From assembly GCA_041739995.1 (NCBI GenBank), contig JBGSMV010000033.1, positions 13,251 to 77,250 on the forward strand: 64,000 nucleotides of DNA. The letters are read 5' to 3'. Shown here piece after piece: positions 1 through 10,949 of this stretch (position 1 is the first letter of the stretch; every line of letters starts with the position of its first letter). The notes beneath the pieces are model-generated. The model did not search any database, was not told where the DNA came from, and saw only the letters and a list, made by a program, of their open reading frames with translations. This DNA is from Bdellovibrionota bacterium (lineage in GTDB: Bacteria > Bdellovibrionota_C > UBA2361 > JBGSMV01). The translations under genes were made by a program, and so were the position numbers.

Positions 1-860
1 AAGCGCGGGAATGGCGGCTCTCCGATTTTCCAATCAGAGCAACGCTTAAACACCTCATACATCATGCGCTCGTTAATCCTGAGCACGTCCTCTTGCTCAA
101 CGAAGGAGAGCTCCATATCTATTTGATAAAACTCTCCAGGTGATCGATCTGCGCGAGCATCTTCATCCCTAAAACACGGGGCAATTTGGAAATACCTATC
201 AAATCCAGCGATCATCAGAAGCTGTTTAAACTGCTGCGGTGCCTGTGGTAGCGCGTAGAACTTTCCAGGATGCAACCTGGAAGGCACGATAAAATCTCTA
301 GCCCCCTCCGGAGAACTACTGGTGAGAATCGGAGTATGGAATTCTGCAAATCCAAGCTCATCCATAACCTCGCGAATGGTTTTTACCACGCGGTTACGCA
401 TCGCGATGTGGGCATGGAGTTTTTCGCGTCGCAATTCAAGGAAGCGATACTTGAGGCGCTGCGGCTCTGGCGCGTTGTCATCCTCGGCCACTTGAAACGG
501 CAAGAGCTCGCTGTGAGATAAGATGCTCAACTTTGTGGCATGCACTTCGATCTGTCCGGTTTGCAACTTTGGGTTTTCTAGTCCTGCCCCACGTAGATGA
601 ACTACGCCTTGAACCATAATTACGGATTCAGGACGTACATTTTCCATCTCGACTCCGAGCGCTCCGTGAAAGACCACCTGAGTCACACCGTAATGATCGC
701 GCAGGTCGACAAACACTACTCCGCCGTGATCACGCTTGCGCATCACCCAGCCAGACAGAGTCACCGAGTTGTCAGCGTTGGAATTGCGCAGCTCTCCACA
801 GGTGTGGGTTCTATATGCACTCTGCAAAAAATCTTTCTTTGGTGAGTCTACCTGTGTCAT
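1..860 (-). CDS. aspS: Aspartyl-tRNA synthetase, 5' part (runs off window start; not in ORF track)
   Basis: Manual minus-strand translation from ATG at 860: [25 protein letters not shown]... [72 protein letters not shown], the AspRS motif 1/2 region. Confidence 0.95.
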   Translation of the reverse strand, partial: MTQVDSPKKDFLQSAYRTHTCGELRNSNADNSVTLSGWVMRKRDHGGVVFVDLRDHYGVTQVVFHGALGVEMENVRPESVIMVQGVVHLRGAGLENPKLQTGQIEVHATKLSILSHSELLPFQVAEDDNAPEPQRLKYRFLELRREKLHAHIAMRNRVVKTIREVMDELGFAEFHTPILTSSSPEGARDFIVPSRLHPGKFYALPQAPQQFKQLLMIAGFDRYFQIAPCFRDEDARADRSPGEFYQIDMELSFVEQEDVLRINERMMYEVFKRCSDWKIGEPPFPR

Positions 861-935
861 CACTACTTCATCCTTCAGCTGAACATGGTCGTATAGGCTC
901 GCACGCCGCCCTGCGAGCAGAAACCGACTTCCTAC

Positions 936-965
936 TTGACCGCAAGTCTCTGAGATAACTACTAT
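936..965 (+). promoter_or_regulatory. Possible sigma70 promoter for trkAH
   Basis: TTGACC-N18-TACTAT in the aspS/trkA divergent gap. Confidence 0.3.
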
Positions 966-1112
966 TAAGTGCGTTGTTTTTCCAGCATCGCCATAGCTTA
1001 CGCTCAAAGATAGTCTCTCTGGGCCAAGACCGCTTATGCCCTCTCGTTTTGGATACACCCGGCGGAGTCCCGCCCCCCGGGCTGAGTTTTGGGAATCAGG
1101 AAGCAGTAGACC

Positions 1113-2477
1113 ATGAATTTTCTCATTATTGGCGCAGGCGACGTCGGAAAGAGCCTTAGCGCCCAGCTCGCCGCTCACGGCCATAATGTCGTACTCGTCG
1201 ATACCGACTCAGACGTTCTGAATTCGGAGATCTCAAGTCTTGACCTTAAGGTGGTTATTGGAAATGGCTGCTCTCCGGAAGTTCTTTTCAATGCCGGAAT
1301 TCTGGAGGCCAATTACATTATTGCGGTAACCGATAGTGACGAAGTCAACATCGCAGCCTGCTTTGTCTCGCGTCTGGTCAATCCGCACCCTAAGAGAATC
1401 GCTCGTATTCGAGATCTCAACCTTGCCTCGAAACTCATTTCACCCGAGCTACTTGGAGAATACTTTGACTTAGTAGTGAATCCAGAGGAAGCAGGGGCCG
1501 AGTACCTGTTAAAACTATTCAAATTACCTGGAGCGCGAGAGTTCGTTGATTTGGGGTACGGCAAAGTGAGGGTTCTTGGCCTTTCGGTTCTCGAAACCTC
1601 TCCAGTGCTGGGTCAGTCGCTCTCGCAGATTCACCAAGAACACCAGGAGACACCGATCACCATAGTCGCCCTGATCCGAGCTGGAAGAATGCTGTGCCCT
1701 GCACCCGAGGACAAGCTACGTGTCGGAGATGTGTTTTATGCAACCACCACTCCCGAGGCGACTAAGGATGCCTTCAAACTTTCGGGAAGAGAACTGCGTC
1801 ACAGTCAGTCCGCCATGCTGTGGGGCGGAAGTTTTCTCTCGCGGTCCCTCGCCTTTCGTCTCGATCAAGAGGGGGTACGCGTCAAGCTGATTCTCACCGA
1901 TGAGGATCGACAGATGGAGATGGCAGACCTACTAAAGAATGCTTTGGTGCTCAACGGAGAAGGCACCGACCAGAGCCTACTGATTGAGGAACACGTTGAA
2001 GATGTCGACGCATTCATCGCAGCCACCGACGATGAAGAGAACAACGTGCTCGCAGCTCTGCTCGCCAAGAAGCTTGGCGCCAGAAATGCAGTGGCGTTGG
2101 TCAACAAAACCTCTTACCTCCCGCTAGTCAGTGCGGTTGGGGTTGATGTAGTAGTCAGCGCGCGTCTCGCTGCATCTTCCGCAATCTTTAAACACATCCA
2201 CGCCAAATCTCTCCTGACAGAGGTGGCGCCACACTGCGACGGCGGCGGATTTATCGAGATCGACATTTCTTCTGAGATGCCCCTTTCCGGTAAAATTCTC
2301 AAAGATCTGGCCCTGCCCGTGGGAGTACGCGTCGGCGCGATACTACGCGAGGGCAAGGTACTCGCTCCTTCCCCAGTCGAAGCACTCCTTGAAGGAGATA
2401 GGGTTATTCTGTTTGCGTTAAAATCCGCCACCGCAAAGCTCGGGCGCCTACTGAACCTACCTATTGAAGCACTCTGA
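1113..2477 (+). CDS. trkA: Trk potassium uptake system, NAD-binding RCK subunit
   Basis: N-terminal IIGAGDVG, two RCK_N/RCK_C pairs, [13 protein letters not shown]; 454 aa; overlaps the trkH start. Confidence 0.93.
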   Translation: MNFLIIGAGDVGKSLSAQLAAHGHNVVLVDTDSDVLNSEISSLDLKVVIGNGCSPEVLFNAGILEANYIIAVTDSDEVNIAACFVSRLVNPHPKRIARIRDLNLASKLISPELLGEYFDLVVNPEEAGAEYLLKLFKLPGAREFVDLGYGKVRVLGLSVLETSPVLGQSLSQIHQEHQETPITIVALIRAGRMLCPAPEDKLRVGDVFYATTTPEATKDAFKLSGRELRHSQSAMLWGGSFLSRSLAFRLDQEGVRVKLILTDEDRQMEMADLLKNALVLNGEGTDQSLLIEEHVEDVDAFIAATDDEENNVLAALLAKKLGARNAVALVNKTSYLPLVSAVGVDVVVSARLAASSAIFKHIHAKSLLTEVAPHCDGGGFIEIDISSEMPLSGKILKDLALPVGVRVGAILREGKVLAPSPVEALLEGDRVILFALKSATAKLGRLLNLPIEAL

Positions 2478-3922
2478 TGAATTTTTCTGCGTTGCTCAAA
2501 CTTATCGGGACCCTTTTCCTCGTGTACGGAATAGTTTTTCTGCTGCCTGCGGCATTCTCGTTTTTTGATGGGGACCGTTTTAGTGGAGTATTCCTGGCCT
2601 GCAGTCTTGGCTGTCTCCTTCTCGGCGGGGTACTGGTGTGGGCACTCAGAAAGCGAAAGGCCGATCTCGATCTGAGAACAGGCTTTGCCTTGGTTGCTAT
2701 GGCTTGGATTGTCTCAGGACTTATTGGTGCCGTCCCCTTCTACGCAAGCGGCACTGTTTCGACAGTTCTCGATGCAATATTTGAATCGATCTCTGGGTTT
2801 ACAGGCACTGGCGCCTCCATCCTTCCGAGCGTCGAGGGCGTTGACCGAGGGGTACTCTTGTGGCGATCTCTTACCCAATGGCTTGGGGGGATGGGAATCA
2901 TTGTCTTTTTCGTCGCAGTCCTCCCTGCCCTCGGATTCTCCGGCGTTCAGCTCTTCAAGGCGGAAGTAGCAGGGCCACAGAAAGATCGCCTCACCCCGCG
3001 AGTAAAAGAGACCGCACAGAAGCTCTGGCTATTGTATGTAGCCTTCACCGCACTTCTCGCATTTCTTCTATTCCACGCCGGCATGCCTTGGTTTGATGCC
3101 ATAAACCATGCTTTCACCACACTCGCAACTGGCGGCTACTCGACGCGCAACGCGGGCATTGCAAGTTTCAATAGCGCTTCTATCGACTGGATACTTTCAA
3201 TATTTATGTTGATTGGGGCAATCAGCTTTGGGCTGCATTATCGCTTCTTCATTCTTCGAGACAGTTCTGCTCTGCGCGATACGGAGCTCCGTTGGTACGG
3301 AGCCATCCTCTCCATAAGTGTCGCAACGCTGTTCTTCGTGATTTGGAAAACTCAGTATGCCGCGGCCGGTGACGCGCTGCGACATTCAGTTTTTACCGTT
3401 GCCTCGATCGCGACCTCTACCGGTTTTTCCAATCAGGATTTCCTCCCCTGGCCCCCCGCCGCTCACCTGATCGTCGTACTTCTGATGGTAATGGGTGGCA
3501 TGTCGGGCTCTACCGCTGGAGGCCTTAAGTGCATTCGGCTTGTTGCGGCTTTTAAACAGATGAGCCGTCAGCTAAGGCAGGTAGTGCATCCCAAGGCGGT
3601 AATTCCTGTAAAAGCTAACGGCCATGTAATTCCAGAGCCAATCATTGATGCAATTTGGGGCCTGATTTTCACCTACTTTCTGATTTTCTCGATTGGCTCA
3701 GTAGTCCTCACCCTTGATGGTCTGGACCTAGTAACGGCGACCACTGCAACTTTCAGCGCCCTCTCAAGCATCGGCCCCGGACTTGGAACAGTGGGGCCAA
3801 GTACCTCCTATGCGCACATCCCTGATTTGTCCAAGGCGATGCTTTGTGTTTGCATGCTGCTTGGTCGCTTAGAATTCTTCACGATTCTAGTGCTTTTCAC
3901 ACCGACTTTTTGGCGACGATAG
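2477..3922 (+). CDS. trkH: Trk potassium uptake membrane protein
   Basis: FESISGFTGTG, WLGGMGIIV, TLATGGYS, GSTAGGLK, MLLGRLEF motifs; polytopic. Confidence 0.95.
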   Translation: MNFSALLKLIGTLFLVYGIVFLLPAAFSFFDGDRFSGVFLACSLGCLLLGGVLVWALRKRKADLDLRTGFALVAMAWIVSGLIGAVPFYASGTVSTVLDAIFESISGFTGTGASILPSVEGVDRGVLLWRSLTQWLGGMGIIVFFVAVLPALGFSGVQLFKAEVAGPQKDRLTPRVKETAQKLWLLYVAFTALLAFLLFHAGMPWFDAINHAFTTLATGGYSTRNAGIASFNSASIDWILSIFMLIGAISFGLHYRFFILRDSSALRDTELRWYGAILSISVATLFFVIWKTQYAAAGDALRHSVFTVASIATSTGFSNQDFLPWPPAAHLIVVLLMVMGGMSGSTAGGLKCIRLVAAFKQMSRQLRQVVHPKAVIPVKANGHVIPEPIIDAIWGLIFTYFLIFSIGSVVLTLDGLDLVTATTATFSALSSIGPGLGTVGPSTSYAHIPDLSKAMLCVCMLLGRLEFFTILVLFTPTFWRR

Positions 3923-3993
3923 AATTGAGCTTGCGGCTTGTACCCCCTGCTAGTGTGCTGAGTCAGAAGTTCATTCAAGTATTTTTCGCGCTG

Positions 3994-4060
3994 TTCTCGC
4001 CGAACTCCTTGTGTAATTCATTAAATATATTCACAAAGAGAGCAGCGAGCTCGGCGAGAA
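3994..4060. terminator. Long inverted repeat between convergent trkH and murG
   Basis: TTCTCGCCGA (3994-4003) pairs with TCGGCGAGAA (4051-4060); inner TTGTG/CACAA pairing around an AT-rich loop. Confidence 0.5.
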
Positions 4061-4080
4061 TTATTCATCGAACTCGTAAC

Positions 4081-5196
4081 TCAGGACACTAGTGCCATGG
4101 CTTGCTGAGCGATCGTCCTGGCCGCACACTTGCTTCTATCCATGGCAGGGCGCTCAACCATTGCGCGATATTCTGTCGGGTCCGACAGTTTGAGAATAGC
4201 CGCATGCAATCGCGAGGGAAACGCGTCGCCTTCGCTCACCACAATCGCCTTCCCTCTCTCGGCAAGAAGATTCGCATTTACTTCCTGGTGATTCCCTTGG
4301 GAAAAAGGGAAAGGCACCAGAATGGCAGGGCGATTCACCACACCGATTTCCATGACGCTTCCCGCCCCAGAACGAGAAACGACTAGGTGCGCCCAACGAA
4401 AAGCCTCTTTCATATCTGCGATAAAGGGAATGACTTGCGCCTTACAGCCAGCCTCACGGTACCCAGCTCTCACAAACTCGACATTCGATGGGCGCGCTTG
4501 ATGCAATATCTCACAGTCCTGCACGCTTAGTTGAGGGGCGATATCGATCATGGCGCGATCCATGGAGTCGGCCCCCTGGGAGCCACCAAGAACTAGGACG
4601 TGAAGCGGGAGTCCAAACTGAGGCGCTTTGTCCGCAAGCTCGACAAGATCCGGTCGTAGCGGATGCCCAGTGAAAACCTTCTTTTTAGGAAGCGGAAGTA
4701 CCGTGTCCTCAAAAGCCACCGAGACTCGAGTAGCGACAAAGCTAAGCAGGTAATTAGCCAACCCAGGTCGGCGCTCGGCCTCGTGAATCCAGGTGGGTAC
4801 CCCTCTCAAACGCGCCAAAAGCACCGGCAATACCGTGGCATAGCCACCCACTCCAATCACCACATCTGGTTGAATCTGATTAAGCAGTCTGCGCGTACAA
4901 AACAGTGCGCTGGGCAGTTTCCACAAAAACTGCAAAATGCCTCGAATCCCCCTATTCTTTAGCCCCACCACATCAATGGCGTCCAGCGGGACCCCACGTG
5001 CGCCTACTATCTCTCGTTCTAGCTCTCTGCCCGAACCTATGAAGCGGATTGTCGTGCTGGCGTTGAGCTCTTTGATGGCTTGAATAATGAAGGCCGCGGG
5101 AAACAGATGACCACCACTTCCACTAGCCGTCACTAGAATCGTGAGCTCCCTCTGCGAGGTGTTGCTATCTGATGCTCTGGTCCCTTCTCTCATCAC
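4081..5196 (-). CDS. murG: Lipid II GlcNAc transferase MurG
   Basis: SGSGGHLFP, GVGGY, IHEAE..PGLAN, LGGSQGA, VSRSGAGSVME, LVPFP...HQ..NA. Confidence 0.95.
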   Translation of the reverse strand: MMREGTRASDSNTSQRELTILVTASGSGGHLFPAAFIIQAIKELNASTTIRFIGSGRELEREIVGARGVPLDAIDVVGLKNRGIRGILQFLWKLPSALFCTRRLLNQIQPDVVIGVGGYATVLPVLLARLRGVPTWIHEAERRPGLANYLLSFVATRVSVAFEDTVLPLPKKKVFTGHPLRPDLVELADKAPQFGLPLHVLVLGGSQGADSMDRAMIDIAPQLSVQDCEILHQARPSNVEFVRAGYREAGCKAQVIPFIADMKEAFRWAHLVVSRSGAGSVMEIGVVNRPAILVPFPFSQGNHQEVNANLLAERGKAIVVSEGDAFPSRLHAAILKLSDPTEYRAMVERPAMDRSKCAARTIAQQAMALVS

Positions 5197-5202
5197 AATG
5201 CC

Positions 5203-6381
5203 CTAACGCACATTGCGATGAAAATGCCGACTTAGCGCCAGGAGCGCACCGATGGTGGCGAGTGAAGCAATCAAGCTCGAACCACCGTAGGCAACCAGAG
5301 GAAGAACCATGCCCTTAGTGGGCAGCAGTCCGCTCGCAATGCCCACATTCAAAAGCGCTGGCAAAACAAGAAGCAGCGTTAAACCAGTGGCGAGCGAAAA
5401 TGAAAACACATCGTCCGCCATGCGTGACGCAATCGTTAACCCCCGCCACAGCAGCAGTGCAAATAATACCAAAACAAACAAGCAGCCTACAAAACCCAGC
5501 TCTTCGGCAATCACTGCAAATATAAAATCGGTGTGAGCAGCAGGGAGAAAGAACAGCTTCTGTTGACTCGCTCCGATACCCACGCCTGCAACCTCGCCGG
5601 AGCCTATGGCAATCAGCGACTGAATCAACTGGTAGCCACTCCCTTTGGGGTCCTGCCAGGGGGAGAGGAAGCTCACGATACGCGCCATACGATAAGGAGA
5701 TGTCATCACGAGCATGACTCCTGCTGAAAGCACCAACGCTCCTATGCCACACAGATACCCAATCCGAGCACCTGCACAGGCAATCATCACCAATGCAATA
5801 GTCGTCAACACTACCGTGCTTCCAAAGTCTGGCTTAACCAAGAACAATGCGGCAACGGGAATAAGCATGCCCAGTGGCACCGCTATTCCACCCATAAACT
5901 GATTCAAGCGATGTTCTTGCCGCGAAAGATAACCGGCAAGAAACAACACAAAGGAAAGCTTGGCTAATTCTCCAGGTTGGAAACGCACACCCGCAAACGA
6001 TACCCAGCGGGTTGCCCCTCCGGCCTGATCGCCTAAGCCGGGTATCATCGGCAGCAATAACAACAAGAGCGTTGCTGGATAAGCCCAACCCGAAAGGGAC
6101 TTGAAAACTTTGACCGGAATTCGTACCAAAATCACTGCCAAGAGAGTTCCCAGCAATGCTGCGCCTGCTTGACGCTTCGCAAAATATAGAGAGTCGCCAA
6201 AACGCTCCTGACCTAAGACGCCCGTAGTCGAATAGACCATCACCAGCCCGAAGCTCAGAAGCACTATCGCCGCAGCTACAAGCAGATAGTCAGCCACCAT
6301 TGGGGGCTTGAGGTCAGGCGAATACTCCCGAGGCACGCGTATCTGTGATGCGCCAAATCCGCGCTGAACAAGGACACTCAT
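5203..6381 (-). CDS. ftsW: SEDS peptidoglycan polymerase FtsW (start re-called at ATG 6381)
   Basis: GATRW, FQPGELAK, PDFG, GYQLIQSLIAIGSG, FLPAAHTDFIF, LPTKGMVLPLVAYGGSS; directly upstream of murG. Confidence 0.93.
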   Translation of the reverse strand: MSVLVQRGFGASQIRVPREYSPDLKPPMVADYLLVAAAIVLLSFGLVMVYSTTGVLGQERFGDSLYFAKRQAGAALLGTLLAVILVRIPVKVFKSLSGWAYPATLLLLLLPMIPGLGDQAGGATRWVSFAGVRFQPGELAKLSFVLFLAGYLSRQEHRLNQFMGGIAVPLGMLIPVAALFLVKPDFGSTVVLTTIALVMIACAGARIGYLCGIGALVLSAGVMLVMTSPYRMARIVSFLSPWQDPKGSGYQLIQSLIAIGSGEVAGVGIGASQQKLFFLPAAHTDFIFAVIAEELGFVGCLFVLVLFALLLWRGLTIASRMADDVFSFSLATGLTLLLVLPALLNVGIASGLLPTKGMVLPLVAYGGSSLIASLATIGALLALSRHFHRNVR

Positions 6382-6516
6382 ACCGACCCTCTGACCTCTT
6401 AGATGCTGCTTACAGGTTAAGCCTTCAACCGCGACAGCCCTTAATCGCACTGCATGCTAACTAGTGTGAGGGTAAGTTGTCATCCCATCTTTTCCAGGAG
6501 ATGCCTCACTGGAGGC

Positions 6517-9500
6517 CTAGCTTGATGGCCCAGGTTCGTTCGATGCGGGGGTTACTGTCGAAGCACCAGCCACCTTTGGAGCAGATGCACGCCACAGCCC
6601 ACCGACACTCAAGCATCCAAAAGCCCAACGCAGCCAGCGCAACATGGCGAACACAAGCCACATAGACCAAGCCAGCATGACTGCGCGCCACACCCACATA
6701 GGAACGCTGATAATCATCGGCTGCGGAAGCGTGTCCGAACTATAATCGATGTACCAGGTCAGCTCAGAGGCATAAGTATTCTGGCCTCGTACGAACATGT
6801 CTGGCGAAAGTATCAATCCAGTTTCAACCGCTCGGTACAACAACATCAGCACAACCATGGTCAAAATACCGAGCGCGACTTGTACAACATTAAACCTAAA
6901 GGTACTTGAAATTTCAGCCTTCTCACGCCATGAGAGCAACCAAAACCACAGCACGGGCACTAACATCAAAGGAATCGGCAAGGTCGCGAGTCCTAGCCCA
7001 AGCAGTATCCAGGACTGAGTGCTCATGGGGGCAATTCCCATGCGTCCCAAAACAATCGCCGCCAAAATCACCACCAGCAGCTTCGCCCAGAAAAGCACGG
7101 CAGGACCAAATCCGGTTCCGAAGGTAAGGAGCAGCCAGCGATCTTGCGGTGCAGAGACAACCGTCGAGACATTGGCAGCCGTACCGTCAATGCTCACGGC
7201 CGGCACTTTCAGAGAGATCCCCTGCTCTTCTGCAACGACGTAGTCTACTTGAATGATTGAGGCGCCAGGACTAACCGGAATCTGAAGCTGAGTACCTGAA
7301 AATCGCGTCGTCTCATCACGCTGGTCGACCAAAACTCGCTGCAACGTCACTCCATCCGGGAGATTTACACTCTGAGTAGTTCCCTGACTGGCCCTCATGT
7401 TGAGAGTTAAACTACCCTTAAGAGACCGCACTCCAGGCGTAATGTGATGACGAACTCTCTCAACAGTGCGACTCTGCCCCGAAGCTCCGAGTGGCCTTTC
7501 AACATCAATCGACAGCCGATCTCCAGGATATGGGCGAAACAACCAACCACTCGTTCCCGAAAGAACCGAACGCTCTGGAGCGAGGCCTTGGACCTTACAG
7601 CTCCAAAGCGTAGAACATCGCACTTCCCAATCCTCAGAAATACGCGCTTGCGAATTCGCAACCAGTTTTAACTGCTCGGCCGGCTTTAACGTTGAATTCC
7701 ACTCGAGCTCGGCAACTCCTCTCGGAAATTGAACTTCAATCTCTAGGTCCTTAACATTGAACCCAGGAGATACTACTGACTCTCCTTCAAGCAGCTTCAA
7801 AGAAAGAATCTCCGGGCGCTCTTTACTTCCCAATCTTTGAATCCGTGTAGTCAGCTCCCACGGCAGGCCGATGGCTAATGACCGGCTGACCTGAAACCAC
7901 GAAGACACTTCGATGTCCGACTCGGTCTCGCCTTTCTCAGCGTTCTGGGTTGGAATCTTGCGAGTGAGCTGCAACGATTCTCGCACTGATCCTGTCGGAC
8001 TTACTCCATCCACCAGGAAATCAGGTGCTGAAACGGTCACGTGCTGCGGATTCAGTGGAAACTGTATAGTAGCCACCTCACGAGAACTAAGTTTTCCAGT
8101 AAACTGAATTCCGTGTTCCCCTGACGGCACCCTTGCCCAGAGACTTCCATCTGACTCGCGCCGCAGAGCGCGTAGTGGCTCACCATTTAGAGTGACAGAC
8201 TCAATCGCCAAGGAGCGAAGCGGTCCCGGTAACGCTGCCGCTCCAACGCCAACGCTCGATACCCTCAGCTCCCCTCGGACCCGATCCCCATTTACCGCAA
8301 TTTGCATTGAGTTGATTGAAGTGCAGTCCCTTTGACACAAATCTTTGGTCAAACGCTGCTCTAGTTGCTTCAACAGCACATCACTTGGGAAGGGCTCTGC
8401 ATTAACAGATTGAGGTGAGGTAACCACCGCCGAAAGCAGCGTGCCAAATAAGCACGCTACCCCTAGAGCAGTATTCCGAAGAGCAAGAGACTTCCACCAC
8501 TGCGCGGTCGATCTCTGCAAGAAGACCCACAACAGAAAAACCAGGACAAACACTCTCACAAACGAAACCACCAAGAATCCGTTGGGGCCAAGCGCAAAAA
8601 TTGAGGCTTGATATCCCGGTTCTACTCGCCCACTCCAAGTCAGAGAAACGGAGCGCCAATTCCACTCTGGCATGCCTGGCCCAGTTTGCACTACGGAGTT
8701 CGGATCAAAAGTCTGCAAAGCCTTGAATGCATTTTTTGCAAGCCCGCGAGCCATCGGCGCCGATTCTGCAGAGTTGTCCATGCTCATACTTTCCATAGCG
8801 TACATGGATCCGCTCACGACGGCGCCAAGCCTCTGACGCCCATATTCATCACCGCTGACTCCGGTGAAGCTGGCAGAGGCCCCCACCACCATCATCAATG
8901 CCACTCCGGCCACCCCGTACAACAATCCGGAGAAAAAGCTGCCGGTAAAAAATAGCTGAGCTCCCCAAACAAGAAGGGTGAACATTATCCAACCAGAAAA
9001 GGTTCCTTCGACGAGATAGAAAAATGGCTCCAAAAAGCCGTACAGATTGCCGCCTGGGGGAAGCACCGAAGGATAGATGGCCCGAATCAGATGATAGAAG
9101 GAAAACGATACCACTAAGACCGCAAACAACATCAAGGTTGCCGCATAATGGAATCGTACAAAATGTTTGAAGTTTGATTCGGGAAGAAAACGCACCAGAG
9201 CAAAAGCTCCAAGCAGATGAAAATATATTAGCTGCGGGGAACCTGCTTGACCATGCAATAACCCCAGTCCGACAAATACTGTCGCGCCCGCAAGCCCACC
9301 AACTAACTTCGCAGTCGCAATCGATACGAGCAGCACCAGAAATACATCCAGCAAGCTCCAAGAGCCTACCCAACTCGCACTCACCGAGTCAGCGCCAGTG
9401 GCATGCAATACTTCCCAACCCGGCGGAAGATTGACCGTAAGCGAAACACTCTCCATGGGATGGTTCCAAGAGACCACAGGAAGTTTGCCCAATGTGGCAC

Positions 9501-10869
9501 TGAGTTTTGATTCGGCCAGAAGAGAAAGATTCTGTTGTCGAACCTCAAGTCCGACACCCTCCCCCGACGGAGCTTTTGTAATTAACTGGTCTATCCCGCC
9601 AATGCTCGCTCTACCGACCTCAAGTTCAGGGATTGCGTCGAGCCGCCAATCTCTATTGACCAGCCCAGAGATATTGTCTCGCACTAAGAGCTTGTCACCA
9701 TCAAGCGGAAGCCACAGCGTTCGAACAAGCGAGAGCGTGTTTGTTCCAGCGTCAACCTCTCCGCGACGCACCTCTTCAAATGCCATCGCTTGGCCCTTAG
9801 AAAGCGCCGTAGTCGTCAAGCCCTTCCATTCACCAGGAAGCTCAGTGCGACTAGAATCAATCAAAATACCACCGGATATTCGGACCGAGCGCACCTCTTC
9901 GTTAGGCTTCCAAACCCAAACTTCTTCACCGGAGAATCCAGGAATCTGCCATTCAGGAACAGAAAGGTTCGCTGGTGGCGACGGCAGAAGGTTCTCAAAG
10001 CGCAGCGAATATCTGCCAGGTCGCACCTGCACTACTACTCCTCTAAGCGAGTCGACACGAACGGCCAGGTCTGACTGCACGCCCACCAGAGTGCTCTGGG
10101 GCGGCAGAACATCCCCCAATACGAGCTCACGCACCTTTCCAGAAATCCGCAACTGGACAGCGGTCTCGATGCGAAACGGTACACCATCTTCTAGCTTTCT
10201 AAACACGGAAGCATGCGCAGCGTCTTGCTCGGCAACTGAAGAGTCAGACCGGTCGACCAGCCACACCTCCCCTTTCTCCCCGATTTGCGGGTTATCAATC
10301 TTACGCCCCTGAACATCTAGTGAGACCAATGCGATGTCGGACGGCACCCTCAAACTTTTGGGCATCTCCTTCCATTTAAATATACCGTTGAGTGCGAACG
10401 GGCCTTTCTCCAGGCGAATGTGCGGCGTCCCATCAAGCGCTACCACCGCCATCGTCTCTCCGTCTTTGCCCGTCACTTCTAAAGGCGCAACCAGGTCGCT
10501 TCCAGGGAGCGGAAGCGCGCCTGCTTGAAAAAGCACACCTTGCAAGCTAAAGGATCCACCGTCACCGTTGACAGAAAGAGAAATTTCTCGAGGCCAGACA
10601 CATCGGCTCGCTCCTCGCACCGCACCGCAGTTAAGTTCTAAGTGATCAGCCATTACCCAGGGAATCCAAGGACGAAGTGATTCGGGAACGGCGGCAACCG
10701 TCTCTTCCGACAACACCGGATTTGCACGCTGAGCTTCTGCCGTTTCCGGTGCTCCCTGCGCCGTCCTCGCCGAGAAACAGAGCAGGAGAAGGAGCGAGGA
10801 AATCAGCGGGGCTCTCCAGGACGAGCAAAATCCACACTGGCGAAAAAAGCTGTGCATTTGGTTGAGCAT
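6517..10869 (-). CDS. Very large secreted/multi-pass membrane protein of unknown function (~1450 aa)
   Basis: Long ORF; AAGGAG SD before ATG 10869; signal-peptide-like N-terminus; beta-rich soluble segments alternating with two hydrophobic TM clusters. Confidence 0.8.
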   Translation of the reverse strand: MLNQMHSFFRQCGFCSSWRAPLISSLLLLLCFSARTAQGAPETAEAQRANPVLSEETVAAVPESLRPWIPWVMADHLELNCGAVRGASRCVWPREISLSVNGDGGSFSLQGVLFQAGALPLPGSDLVAPLEVTGKDGETMAVVALDGTPHIRLEKGPFALNGIFKWKEMPKSLRVPSDIALVSLDVQGRKIDNPQIGEKGEVWLVDRSDSSVAEQDAAHASVFRKLEDGVPFRIETAVQLRISGKVRELVLGDVLPPQSTLVGVQSDLAVRVDSLRGVVVQVRPGRYSLRFENLLPSPPANLSVPEWQIPGFSGEEVWVWKPNEEVRSVRISGGILIDSSRTELPGEWKGLTTTALSKGQAMAFEEVRRGEVDAGTNTLSLVRTLWLPLDGDKLLVRDNISGLVNRDWRLDAIPELEVGRASIGGIDQLITKAPSGEGVGLEVRQQNLSLLAESKLSATLGKLPVVSWNHPMESVSLTVNLPPGWEVLHATGADSVSASWVGSWSLLDVFLVLLVSIATAKLVGGLAGATVFVGLGLLHGQAGSPQLIYFHLLGAFALVRFLPESNFKHFVRFHYAATLMLFAVLVVSFSFYHLIRAIYPSVLPPGGNLYGFLEPFFYLVEGTFSGWIMFTLLVWGAQLFFTGSFFSGLLYGVAGVALMMVVGASASFTGVSGDEYGRQRLGAVVSGSMYAMESMSMDNSAESAPMARGLAKNAFKALQTFDPNSVVQTGPGMPEWNWRSVSLTWSGRVEPGYQASIFALGPNGFLVVSFVRVFVLVFLLWVFLQRSTAQWWKSLALRNTALGVACLFGTLLSAVVTSPQSVNAEPFPSDVLLKQLEQRLTKDLCQRDCTSINSMQIAVNGDRVRGELRVSSVGVGAAALPGPLRSLAIESVTLNGEPLRALRRESDGSLWARVPSGEHGIQFTGKLSSREVATIQFPLNPQHVTVSAPDFLVDGVSPTGSVRESLQLTRKIPTQNAEKGETESDIEVSSWFQVSRSLAIGLPWELTTRIQRLGSKERPEILSLKLLEGESVVSPGFNVKDLEIEVQFPRGVAELEWNSTLKPAEQLKLVANSQARISEDWEVRCSTLWSCKVQGLAPERSVLSGTSGWLFRPYPGDRLSIDVERPLGASGQSRTVERVRHHITPGVRSLKGSLTLNMRASQGTTQSVNLPDGVTLQRVLVDQRDETTRFSGTQLQIPVSPGASIIQVDYVVAEEQGISLKVPAVSIDGTAANVSTVVSAPQDRWLLLTFGTGFGPAVLFWAKLLVVILAAIVLGRMGIAPMSTQSWILLGLGLATLPIPLMLVPVLWFWLLSWREKAEISSTFRFNVVQVALGILTMVVLMLLYRAVETGLILSPDMFVRGQNTYASELTWYIDYSSDTLPQPMIISVPMWVWRAVMLAWSMWLVFAMLRWLRWAFGCLSVGGLWRASAPKVAGASTVTPASNEPGPSS

Positions 10870-10949
10870 TTGGTTGTCTCCTTCTATCCTCCAGAAGCGC
10901 GGTCGGCTGCGACTCTGAAGGCACAAGCCTATATAAGAGACTCACTTTC

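Noticed and set aside
9398..10312. 304-aa plus-strand ORF and similar shadow ORFs (e.g. 270-521, 597-845, 37121-37519, 45534-46100)
   Set aside because: Antisense to well-supported genes, with the composition typical of reverse frames.
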